NCBI GenBank assembly: GCA_000004695.1
Contig: CM000154.2
Span: 1,792,001-1,856,000 of the forward strand
Direction: 5' to 3'
DNA: 64,000 nucleotides
DNA from: Dictyostelium discoideum
Taxonomy: Eukaryota
A program made the translations under genes and the position numbers. Below are positions 1 through 10,346 of this stretch, one piece after another. The notes below the pieces were generated by a model. The model had not been told where the DNA came from and did no database searches. It saw nothing but the letters and a program-made list of their open reading frames with translations. The first letter of the stretch is position 1; the number at the start of each line of letters is the position of its first letter.

Positions 1-1
1 A

Positions 2-82
2 CCAGCAAAAGAAATTGAAGAAAAACCTGTTGTTGCTACTCAAGAAACAGTTTCAAATAAAAAACAAAAAACAAAGAAATAA
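2..82 (+). CDS. Partial CDS: 3' end (last 26 codons, stop at 80-82) of a gene starting upstream of the window; product unknown
   Basis: Open frame from the window edge (PAKEIEEKPVVATQETVSNKKQKTKK*) with Dictyostelium-like codon usage, followed immediately by AT-rich non-coding sequence. Not in the ORF track because it has no start codon. Confidence 0.3.
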   Translation, partial: PAKEIEEKPVVATQETVSNKKQKTKK

Positions 83-403
83 AAATAAAATAAATACAAA
101 TTTTAAAAAATAAAATATATTATTTGAATAAATAATCCAAAAAAATATATATATATATTTTTTTTTTAATTAGTTATTATTTATTTAAATTTTTTTTTTT
201 TTTGTTTTTTTTTTGTGGAAAAAAAAAAGGTAAAAATAAAAATTAAAAAGAGATATAAATTAATTTTTATTATTTTTTATATTTTTTTACGTGTTTGAAA
301 AAAAGATAAAAATAAAAAGAGATTTAAAATTTTTTTTATTTTTTTTATTTTTTTTTAATTTTTATTGTTTTTTTATTTTTTTTCAAAAAAAAACACAAAA
401 GGA

Positions 404-585
404 ATGAAGTTTCAAAAGAGAAATATTCAATTGGTTTTAATATTATTACTAATTTTAAATAATTGTTTTATAAATTCTCAAGTTGAGAATTCTAAAAAAG
501 AAAAGGTTGATGTATCTGCTTTAATTCAAAGTTATGGTAGTGAATTATTTAATTATTTAAATAATTGGAATAAAGTTGAAGAGAA

Positions 586-648
<63 letters not shown>

Positions 649-1327
649 TTCAAAAGTAAAAAATGATGACAGTATAGTTAATACATTTTCAAACTATGGA
701 AATCAAATTTTAAATTATTTAAATATAGGAGATGGTGGTGAAAAACAAAAACAAAATCAAAAAGAAAAAGAAAATCAAAGTGTATTTTCAAAATTTTCTA
801 ATAATGTTCTAGGTTTATTCAATTTTGAAAAAACCAAAGATAAAAAAGAAGATGAGGGAATATTACCAAGCATTATTAAAAATATTCAAGATTATGTTAA
901 ATGGGGAAAAAATGAAAATAATGAAAGTAGTGGTGATAAATATCCAAATTTTGAAACCCAATCATCAAGTTTCAGTCATTCACCATATGGTGATATCTTT
1001 GGAATAAATATTAATGATATTATTGCTTCACCATTATTGAATGAAATATCTGATTCAAGTTTAAACTATTTAAAACAACAATTTGGACTTAGTAATCAAA
1101 TCATTCAACTTTTAATTCAATTTAGAAATACAATCATTTTTGCAATCACATTTATAATTTTCTTATTTACTTACTTAATAATCTATTATTTAGCATCTAT
1201 TGGTAATTCTATAGTTATCTCTTTTATTATTGGAGTTCTAACAGTATTCCTCTGGGTAATAATCACTTTATTATTTACCATAGTTATTGGATATAAGAAG
1301 AATGGAGAAAAAACTCTTGAGTTATAA
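404..1327 (+). CDS. Hypothetical secreted or membrane protein with a poly-Asn tract and a hydrophobic C-terminus
   Basis: ORF 365..1327. The ATG at 404 sits in an A-rich context and is followed by a signal-peptide-like stretch (KFQKRNIQLVLILLLILNNCFINS). A coding (AAT)n tract runs 598-646. The C-terminal ~70 aa form two hydrophobic helices (IIFAITFIIFLFTYLIIYYL / IIGVLTVFLWVIITLLFTIVIG). No recognisable family. Confidence 0.5.
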
Positions 1328-1779
1328 TCCATAAATAAAAAAAAAAAAAAAAAAAAAAAAACCATAATGATTACATTCATTTTTTTTACAATTTGATATC
1401 ATTTAGTTTATTTTTAGGCACTTTAATTTTATATTAAAAATAAATAAAATTAAATAATTAAAAAAAAAAAAAAAAAAAAAAATGAAAAAAAAAATGTAAA
1501 AATAAAAATATAAAAATAAAAACTTTTGACAATGAAATCGGAAATAAATAAAAAAAAATAAAAATAAAAAATATCTTGTCAAGATATTTTTTATTAGCAG
1601 TTATAGTTTTCAAATAATTTATTTAATTTTTTTTTTTTATTAATTTTTTTTTTTTTTTTTTCAAAATTTTCAAATAATTTTTTTTATTAAATTAATATTA
1701 TTCCACACCCAATTTAAATTTTTTATTTTTCTTTTTATTTTTTTTTTTTCTATTATTTTTTTTTATTTATTTAAATAAA

Positions 1780-2201
1780 ATGTTTAAACAACAAAGTAAT
1801 GGAGGAGTGGATATTTTAAAGAAAAGAGATAAGGATGAAGATGAAGAAAGTGATGATAAAAAATCCAAATTTTCATTTGAAATACCAAAACCAATATATC
1901 CTCCAAGAAAAGATATACCATTTTTACCAACTATAGATATACATAATTATACAATGCTTACAACTGTTATAAAAATTAAACAAAATATACCATTTTCAAT
2001 ATATAATTTAAATCAAAAATCTTTTAAAGATGAAGGTAAGCTTTTAAATTATTCTGAATTATTATTAAATAAATAATATTTTATTTTATTTTTTTTTATT
2101 TATTTTTTTTTTTATTTATTTTATTTTATTTTATTTATTTTATTTTATATTATTTTATTTTGGTTGGTACTGTTGGAATCTCTTTTTCTGTTTACTGATG
2201 G

Positions 2202-2260
<59 letters not shown>

Positions 2261-2624
2261 TGGAAAAAAATTATTTTTAAAAAAAAAAGATGGAATTGAA
2301 AGATATTCAAATAGATTTACAAAAGTTAAAGAGAAAACAACATCTATTGAATTAAAATTACCAGGTATTAAATATGGTTATTTTCCATACGATTTGGTAG
2401 TGAATAAAAAGAAACCAAAAAAGAAAGCACTTATAAATACAAAAACATTAGATGGATTACAAAAAGAAGAGGAAGAAGGAAAGGAAGGGGAAAATGAAGA
2501 GGAGGAAGAGGAGGAAGAGGAGGAAGAAGAAGAAGATGGTGATTATGGTGAGGAGGTAGGTGTAGATGATGATGAAGATATGGATGATCCTGATGAAGGT
2601 GGTGATGGTGAGCCTGATTTCTAA
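1780..2624 (+). CDS. RNA polymerase III subunit RPC31/RPC7 (POLR3G-like), paralog 1. Exons 1780..2035 and 2290..2624, phase-1 intron.
   Basis: ORFs 1780..2076 and 2394..2624 join through donor GAAG|gtaagc (intron begins 2036) and acceptor aaaaag| (exon 2 begins 2290), in frame. The product has an N-terminal motif FEIPKPIYPPRKD...IPFSIYNL, then DGIERYSNRF matching the POLR3G IERYSKRY block, and an acidic E/D-rich tail ending GEPDF, as in POLR3G/Rpc31. Confidence 0.7.
2207..2269. repeat. poly(T) homopolymer of about 60 nt
   Basis: Uninterrupted T run inside the intron of RPC31 paralog 1. Confidence 0.9.
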
Positions 2625-2681
2625 AAAGTTTCCCAAAAAAAAAAAAATTAAAAAGATAAAATTACAGACAACAAAAAAATA

Positions 2682-2714
<33 letters not shown>

Positions 2715-3018
2715 AAACAAATAATAGAAATAAAAACAAATGGATATAAATAACAAATGTTCCAAAAACAGATCAACAGGTTTTTTTTCAAAAAAAAAAG
2801 TCAAAAAAAAAAAAAAAAAAAAAAAAAAAGTGAAAAATGAAAAATGAAAAAAAAGATGGAGGATCGCTTGGTAATTCTTTTAATTTTCGTAAATTTTTTT
2901 TTTTATTTTTATAAAAAAAAAAAAAAAAAAAAAAACATAATTTGTTTATATAAAGACGCGTGTATATATTAAATAAGGACAAAAAAAGGTTATTCAGTAA
3001 TATAATATAACAATAATA

Positions 3019-3722
3019 ATGTATAGAGGACCAAGTAATGGTGGTTTATCGAGTTTAGGTAAAAGAGATAGAGATAATGATGATGACGAAGATGGTGAAA
3101 AGAAAGATAAATTATCATTTGATATTCCAAAACCAATATATCCCCCAAGAAAAGATATGCCATCTATACCAATAATTGATAGCGCAAATTATCGTATGAT
3201 TGAATACGTTATTAAATTAAAAGAAAGCATCCCTTTTTCAATTTACAATCTTAGTAGAGATTCAATAAAACCAAAAGGTACCTTATAATATATTCAAATA
3301 TATCATTCAAATAATAACAATAATAATAATTATTAATTTCAATTTCAATTTTTTTTTTTTTTATTGTTAAAAATTGATTTAAATTAGATGGTATTGAAAG
3401 ATATTCAAATAGGTTTGAGAAAAATGATGATACAGGATCAACATTTGAAATAGGTTTAGTAGGTATAAAATATGGTTATTTTCCATATGAATTGGTTGTA
3501 AATAAAAAGAAAACAAAGAAAAAACTCAATATGTCAAATAAAACTATTGAGGAATTACAAAAATTAGAAAAAGAAGGTGGTGAAGGTGAAGGTGAAGGTG
3601 AGGAAAATGAAGAGGAGGAACCAGAAGAAGAGGATGAAGGTGATTATGATGATGGTGGTGGTGTAGATGATGATTCTGATATGGGTGGTGATTCTGATGG
3701 AGATGGTGAAGCTACTTATTAA
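3019..3722 (+). CDS. RNA polymerase III subunit RPC31/RPC7 (POLR3G-like), paralog 2. Exons 3019..3277 and 3388..3722, phase-1 intron at the same position as paralog 1.
   Basis: ORFs 3019..3288 and 3492..3722 join via AAAG|gtacc and ttag|AT. The product (DIPKPIYPPRKDMP...SIPFSIYNL...DGIERYSNRFEKNDD...acidic tail ...GDGEATY) ends in the same EATY motif as human POLR3G, which I recall ends ...DEATY. About 60% identical to paralog 1. Confidence 0.75.
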
Positions 3723-3745
3723 TTTTTTTTTTTTTCAAAAAAATT

Positions 3746-3883
<138 letters not shown>

Positions 3884-3932
3884 CTTTAAAGCGATCTTAA
3901 TCATTCACAAAATATCATAGTTTAAACAACGA

Positions 3933-3977
3933 CAAACAAACAAACAAACAAACAAACAAACAAACAAACAAACAAAC
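3933..3977. repeat. (CAAA)n microsatellite of about 11 units
   Basis: Directly visible tandem CAAA repeat. Confidence 0.95.
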
Positions 3978-4242
3978 ATTTTATCAACCCCACTGTACAT
4001 TTTTTTTATTATAAAAAATCATATTTAATACACCCTCCCATTCCTTATTGTATTTATATTATTATAATAGATAATATATTTCATAAAAAAAAAAAAAAAA
4101 AAAAAAATGAAAATAAATAATTTTAAAATAAATTATAAAAATAAATAATCGAATGATAGTTTTTGTAATTTTAATAAGCGCCTAATTAAAAATATTTTGC
4201 CATACTTTTTATTATTTATTTAATTTTTTTTTTTTTTTATAT

Positions 4243-4683
4243 CTATTTATTTAAACAATACTCTTGGTGGACAGTTTCAACCCATATCATTGTGAATGGG
4301 AAAATTGTGGCAATTTCACAATAGTTTGATTGATTTGTACTTTGAATATAAATTGTTTTATTGTTTTCAAAGAAACCAACTCTATATTGGGTTATATTAT
4401 CATCACATTTCCCAACTACCCATTGTGAAAATTCATTTTGTTGTGGTCCTACTTGTTGATTCCAAAATTTACCAGTTGCTGTTGTTGTGAAATTATTAAA
4501 TTCAAATTTTGGGAAAGTTACAGCAATTGAATTATATGGTAGACAAGCAACTTCTGCTGTTTTAAAATAATAATAACTTTGATTTTTATATGTATTCTTT
4601 AAATCCATTCCACATGGAAATGATAAAACTAAATTATTATAACTTAAAACAACACAAACTAAAAATGCTAAAAATAATTTCAT
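4243..4683 (-). CDS. Small secreted Cys-containing protein (146 aa), single exon, no recognised family
   Basis: ORF with ATG at 4683 and an N-terminal signal peptide (MKLFLAFLVCVVLSYNNLVLS). The mature part has 5 Cys and several N-x-S/T sites. Base composition is coding-like compared with the flanking poly-A/T. Confidence 0.55.
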   Translation of the reverse strand: MKLFLAFLVCVVLSYNNLVLSFPCGMDLKNTYKNQSYYYFKTAEVACLPYNSIAVTFPKFEFNNFTTTATGKFWNQQVGPQQNEFSQWVVGKCDDNITQYRVGFFENNKTIYIQSTNQSNYCEIATIFPFTMIWVETVHQEYCLNK

Positions 4684-5087
4684 TTTTTTTTTTATTTTAT
4701 TTTTTTTTTAATTGATTAAATATATTTAAAAAATAAAAACTCTTTTTTTTATATCTTAGAATTTAAATTTTTTAAAACTTCAATTTTTTTTTTTTTTTTT
4801 TTTTTTTCTCTATCCACTTATTATTATTTTTTTTTTTTTTTTTCTATAAACACACTTTTTTTTACTCGATTCTGAAATAGGTGGTGTTAACTATAATAAA
4901 TAAAATTAACCCTTAAAATAATTTTTTTTTTATTAGAATATCATTTTCTATATATATTTTGTTTCCCTTTTATATTTTTTGATAATTTTTTAAAAATTAT
5001 TTATAAAATATAATAAATATAATAAATATTATTTTAATATAATTATTATATTGTTTTTTTTTTTTTTTTTTTTTGACCAGTATTATT

Positions 5088-6101
5088 TTATTTTTTAGCA
5101 TTAAGACCAAACACTTCTACTGTAGATCTATTGTATCCAATTTTACTAAAAAGGTTTTGAGAAATGTAATTATCACCATCAATATATACTAATGGATTAA
5201 TTCCTTTTTCAAGATAGGAAATTATTAATTTTGATACAACTTTGGTACCATATCCTTTTCCTCTAAATTCTTCTAATGTATTAAATTGGGCAATTCTTCC
5301 GTCTGAAAAGCCAATTGCCCATGATACTAAAGTTCCATCTTTTAATTTATAACACCAAGAAAAACCATTTTTAATACTCCAAATTATTTCATCCATTGAA
5401 AACATTGTTTTACATTTCCATAGTCCACAAATGTAATATCCCTCATTAATTGATAATGGTACTTCATTTCCATCAATTCTTAATTTAAATTCATTTATTA
5501 TAGTTTTTTCATTATTACAACCATCGATATTACAAAGAATATATTCTCTATATTCAACATGATTAGGGTCTTCACCAATTTCAATGTTTTGAAAACCATG
5601 TGATTTTATTATATCCTTTAGAAGAAATCTAACTCTTTCATCTAATTCAACAAAATTTATTTCATCACTTTTTTATATTTTAATTTTTAATATTAAAATT
5701 TTATTATAATAAATGTAAAAATAAATAAATTAATAATAATTAAGTATTTACATTGACTTTTTAATGTGATAATTAATTGAATTTCCATTTTTATTTAAAT
5801 TACAATTATTTTTAAAATATTCATTAAAAATAATATTATTATAAAAACCAGAACTCCAATTAAAAGATTCTAAAAATACTTTAATTGGATTTAAATTATT
5901 ATTTACATAAACTTTAAAAACTCCATCATTTATTGTTAAACTAATGATGATATTTGGATCATTGAAATCGTCAGTTATCATTATTGATTGGCCTAATTCA
6001 ATTTCATTTTCAAATCTTTCTAATTGCTTAAATCCTCCTTTCTTTTTAATTTTTTCCAAAATATTTCTCTTTTCATTATCATTTTTTAAAATATTATCCA
6101 T
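5088..6101 (-). CDS. GNAT-family N-acetyltransferase domain protein (about 309 aa). Exons 6101..5752 and 5667..5088, with an 84-nt phase-2 intron.
   Basis: ORF 5748..6101 ends in TCAAT|gtaaat; the acceptor aaaaaag|TGATGAA restores the frame into ORF 5088..5405 (350+580 = 930 nt = 310 codons). The C-terminal domain has GNAT motif A (TLEEFRGKGYGTKVVSKL). Confidence 0.65.
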
Positions 6102-6191
6102 TTTTTACTTTTTTTTTTTTTAATGATGGGGTAATTATTTTTTTTTTTTGATATTTAAAGAATAAAAAAAAAAAAATAAAAAAAGGTTCTG

Positions 6192-6226
<35 letters not shown>

Positions 6227-6453
6227 TTGTGATTAGATAAAAAAAAAAAAAAAATTTTATTTATTTATTTGAATTCACCAGATTAAACACTATTTTTTAA
6301 TTTTTAATTTTTTTTTTTTTTTTTTGGAAAGAAATTTATTAATTTATTTTTTTATTTATTTTTTTTTTTTTGGGAAAGAAAAATTTTTTTTTTTTTTTTT
6401 TTTTAAAAAAAAAAGATATATACATATTAGAAAATAAGAATTTGGTTATTTTA

Positions 6454-8291
6454 TTAATTTATTTGTTCTGTTTTAACCTCGTGTCTTTTTTCATCATGAT
6501 ACATTGAAGAACTATTTTTATTTATTCCATTATGTCTATGATGATGGCTATTATAATTATTATTGTAACTATAGTGTCTACCACCTCTTCTATTATTGTT
6601 ATAACCTTTCTTATCAATCGTTTGTTGTTGTTGTTGTGGTTGTTGTTGTTGTTCCTTTGGTCTCTCGGCTTCATCAACTACATTTGGTTGTTGTTGTTGT
6701 TCTTGTGGTTGTTGTGGTTGTTCTTGTTGTTGTTGTTGTTCTTGTGGTGGTTGTTGTTGTTGTTGTTGATCAGTGTTCTCAGTTGTTGAACTTGGTTGTT
6801 GAACTTGTGATTGTTTTTGTGGTTGTTTTTGTGGTGATTTACCATTTCTACTCTCGCTATTTCTTCTTTGATTACTTTGATTAGTGGATTGAGTTTGCTC
6901 TGGTTGTTGGGTTTGTTCTTGAGATTCTTGTTGAGTTGGTTGTTGATGTTGTTGATATTGTTGATTGTGGTGATGGTGGTTGTCATAGTTTTCATTGGAT
7001 CTGTGTTTTCTGTTGTTTCTTCTCTTTTGATCTTGATTATAATAGTTTTGATGTTGGTCATCATGATTGTGATGGTGTTGGTTTTGATGTCCGTAGTTAT
7101 GTCCTTGATTGTATTGTGATTGTTGGTGTGATTGTTGTTGTTGTTGTTGGTATTGATGTGGTTCTTGTTGTTGAACTTGTTGTTGGTGTTGTTGGTGTTG
7201 TTGGTGTTGGTGTTGTTGGTGTTGTTGTTGTTTTAATTGTTGTTGTTTTTTATTTTGTTGTTTTTGAGTATAAAGGGAAGCAGCTTTATCAGAGCTTGTA
7301 ACAATACCCTTGATCATTGCAGATGAAAAACCTGCATGCTCCATTTGATTTAAACCTGCAATAGTGCAACCTTGTGGGGTGGTTACTAAAATAAATAAAA
7401 AAAGAGTGTTAAATATTAGGTTGGTCATACCCTTTGCAAATATATAAATATACATACCTTTATCGATTTCATATTCTGGATGGAAATTATTTTCTAATAA
7501 TAAAGTAGCAGCACCTTTAGCAGTTTGAGCCGCTATTCTAATTGCATCTTCAGCATGGAATCCAATTTCACAACCTCCTTGAGCAGCAGCTCTGTTTAAA
7601 CACACAAAAAAAAAAAAAAAAAAAAGAAATTCCCAATATTAATATATTTTTATATATATAAATAAACGAAAAAATAAATTATGTTTGAATTAAATAATTA
7701 CCTAATGGCTCTACAAAAGAAAGCGATACCACAAGCACATAAAGCGGTAGCAGGAACGATTTGTTCTTCACTTAAAACGATGGACATACCTAAACAATTG
7801 AAAATTTTTTTAGCTACTTCTAAAGCATTATCTTTTGCTTTATCCGATGGGGAGTTTGTTGATTTTTGATGAGAGGAACGAATTGCAAGACAAGTCATAC
7901 TTTGACAATGTTGAATTGCAGTGTTTGGCATTGCACGAACAATTGGTACATCCTTTTCTAAATGTGATCTAATATCTTCGATTGAAGCACCTGACACAAC
8001 ACTAATGATTATATGATTCTCTGTTACTGATTGTTTAATAGAATCTAATAAATCATCCAATTGAGCTGGTACAACACAAACGATTACAATCTTACATCTT
8101 GATACTGCATCATGATTTGATGTTGTCACATGATATCCTTCCCTTTTCAATGGTTCAATAGTTGATAAATTTCTTTTAGTCAATACTATTTGATTTGATT
8201 TAAATTGTTTTGATGCAACTAAACCTTTTGCAATAGCATTTCCTAAATTACCACAACCTAAAACTGCAACTCCATTATCATAAAGTTTCAT
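6454..8291 (-). CDS. Pyrroline-5-carboxylate reductase (P5CR/ProC-like) with a long Gln/His-rich C-terminal extension. Exons 8291..7702, 7591..7458 and 7385..6454.
   Basis: Exon 1 has the NADP-binding motif VAVLGCGNLGNAIAKGL and RAMPNTA. Donor AG|gtaatt at 7701 and acceptor aacag|AGCTGCT give ...GIAFFCRAIRAAAQGGCEIGFHAEDAIRIAAQTAKGAATLLLENNFHP, colinear with the E. coli ProC block PAYVFMFIEAMADAAV. Donor AAAG|gtatgt and acceptor ttttag|TAACC give VTTPQGCTIAGLNQMEHAGF, which resembles the ProC/PYCR C-terminal block. Total 1656 nt = 552 codons. The last ~300 codons are (CAA/CAT)-rich low complexity, in frame and stop-free. Confidence 0.75.
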
Positions 8292-8596
8292 TTTGATATT
8301 TTTATTTATTTATTTATTTATTTATTTTATTTACAAAATTTTCGAACAATTTATTATTTGTTTATTTATTTATTTATTTTTTTTTTTAAAAAAGAGAAAT
8401 AAATTTTATAAAAAAAAAAAAATTATCACACACAATGAATTTATTGAAAAATAAAAAAAATTCAAAAAATTTTAAAAAAAATATAAAAAAAAAAAAAAAA
8501 ACAAAAATAAAAAAAAAAAGATTAAAAAGTGGGAAAAACATTTCCAAAAATAAAAAAAAAAATGAAAAAACAAAGATTTTATTAATAAAACTAAAT

Positions 8597-8710
8597 TTAG
8601 TTTATTATTTTTATTATTTTTGGTTGTGGTAATTCCTTAACAAATATAAAAGTTGTATATAAACCTATAAAATAAAGAAATGATTAGTATTGATTTTAAT
8701 TTATTTTTTC

Positions 8711-8749
<39 letters not shown>

Positions 8750-9385
8750 AAAAATCAAAAAAAAACCTACCTATTAAATCTAATTGGTTTTGTTCAATCT
8801 TTTTAATTCCATTTATATATACACCAGATTGTTTTAATTTACTCTCATAATTCTTTTTATTTTCATCATAAAATTCTGATAAATTTGTTGCTTCTACTAA
8901 TGTTAAATTATATTTTTTACAAAGGCTATTATTAAAAAAAAAAAAAAAAAAAAAATTAAATTAGTTTTTTTTTTTTTTTTTCTATTTTTAATATTATTTT
9001 CTTTTTTAGAAAAATAAAAATAAAAATAATAATAATAATAATTACTTTAAAAATGAAGGAAAATGAACTAAATTTTCAGACAAATTTAATTCTGTTGGAA
9101 TGGTTAAATTATATTTACAACCGAAAAATGATTGAATTTCCGAATCAAAAGTGATATTAAATAAATTTGATTTAATGATTGGTAAACCAGAAGAAGAAGT
9201 TTCTTTTTGAGCTTTATACCAAAGTGCTGAAGAATCAGGCATCATACCAAAAAAAAAACCACCAACTTTTAACCTACTACTTGCATTCTTTATAAATTGT
9301 TCTGCTTGAGTCGGATCTGTAAATGAATTTTGTAAACCATCAAAACATGCAATCACATCAAATTGTGGTAATTTAGATATATTTA

Positions 9386-9419
<34 letters not shown>

Positions 9420-9794
9420 TATATTATTATTTGTACTATTATTTATATTATTATTTATATTATTATTTATATTATTATTATTATTGGGAATTGGTTGTAA
9501 AAATGATTCAATATTATCTTTATTTAAATCCATTGTAATGAAATCAGCTTCAAATGGTTCATTCTTTGCTTGCCATTTATTTTTAGATTCTGTTGCATTA
9601 CTTTTTGATGATTCAAAACAATAATACCTTTTTATTTTCGCACGTTCCCATTTTCCTGTATCTAAACCAATTGCACTATAAATCTCTGCCGCTGTATCAT
9701 TCTCTTCAACCAATTCTGTTATTAATATAGTTTTCACCCATGCTTGATATGCTTTAAATTGCCACACTGATGTTTTTTGAGGCAAAAAATTCAT
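8597..9794 (-). CDS. mRNA cap (guanine-N7) methyltransferase-like protein (RNMT/Abd1 family), divergent. Exons 9794..9046, 8925..8771 and 8664..8597.
   Basis: ORF 9042..9923 read from the ATG at 9794. It aligns to the RNMT catalytic domain: ADFITMDLNKD ~ AEFITADSSKE, VIACFDGLQ, KVGGFFFGMMPDS ~ SPGGYFIGTTPNS, FGCKYNL ~ FGCKYDF. Donor AA|gtaatt at 9045 with acceptor tag|CC gives FPSFLNLCKKYNLTLVEATNLSEFYDENKK ~ [29 protein letters not shown]. Donor G|gtaggt at 8770 with acceptor tatag|GT gives GLYTTFIFVKEL ~ SIYLVFAFEKQ, then a stop. The SAM motif I is atypical (AIGLDTGKW instead of VLDLGCGKGGD). Confidence 0.7.
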
Positions 9795-10185
9795 TTTAAG
9801 TCTCTCTATAGTATATATATATTTACAAGTCGCTAAAAAAAAAAAAAAATAAAAAAAAAAAAAAAATGAAAAAATAAAAATAAAAATAAAATGAAAATAA
9901 AAAAAAAGATAAAAATTTGTCAAGTGTTTCAGAGGGGAAAATGAAGAACAATTATTATTTTTAATTTGTTAAAAATGCGAAAAAAAAAAAAAAAAAAATA
10001 AAAAAAAATTTCAAAAAATTTTAAAAAAAAATGAAAAAATGAAAAAATGAAAATCATGATAGTTTTATATAACTGTTTGATATTAAAAATTAATTCTTTT
10101 TATTTTATATCAAAATAATAACAAAAATAATAATAAAATTTTAATAATAATAAACTAATAATAAATTCAAAAAATAATATTTTTG

Positions 10186-10230
<45 letters not shown>

Positions 10231-10346
10231 AAAAAAAAAAAATGAAAAAAAAGGGAAAAATGGAGATTTTTTTTTTTTTTTTTTTTTCAAATATTATTTA
10301 TTTATTTATTATTATTATTATTTTTAATTTAATTAATTTAATTAAT

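Noticed and set aside
2394-2624. Stand-alone 76-aa acidic ORFs (also 3492..3722), listed with 'M' starts
   Set aside because: The start in the ORF track at 2394 is a TTG. Both are second exons of the RPC31-like genes, joined by phase-1 introns that restore the conserved DGIERYSNRF motif.
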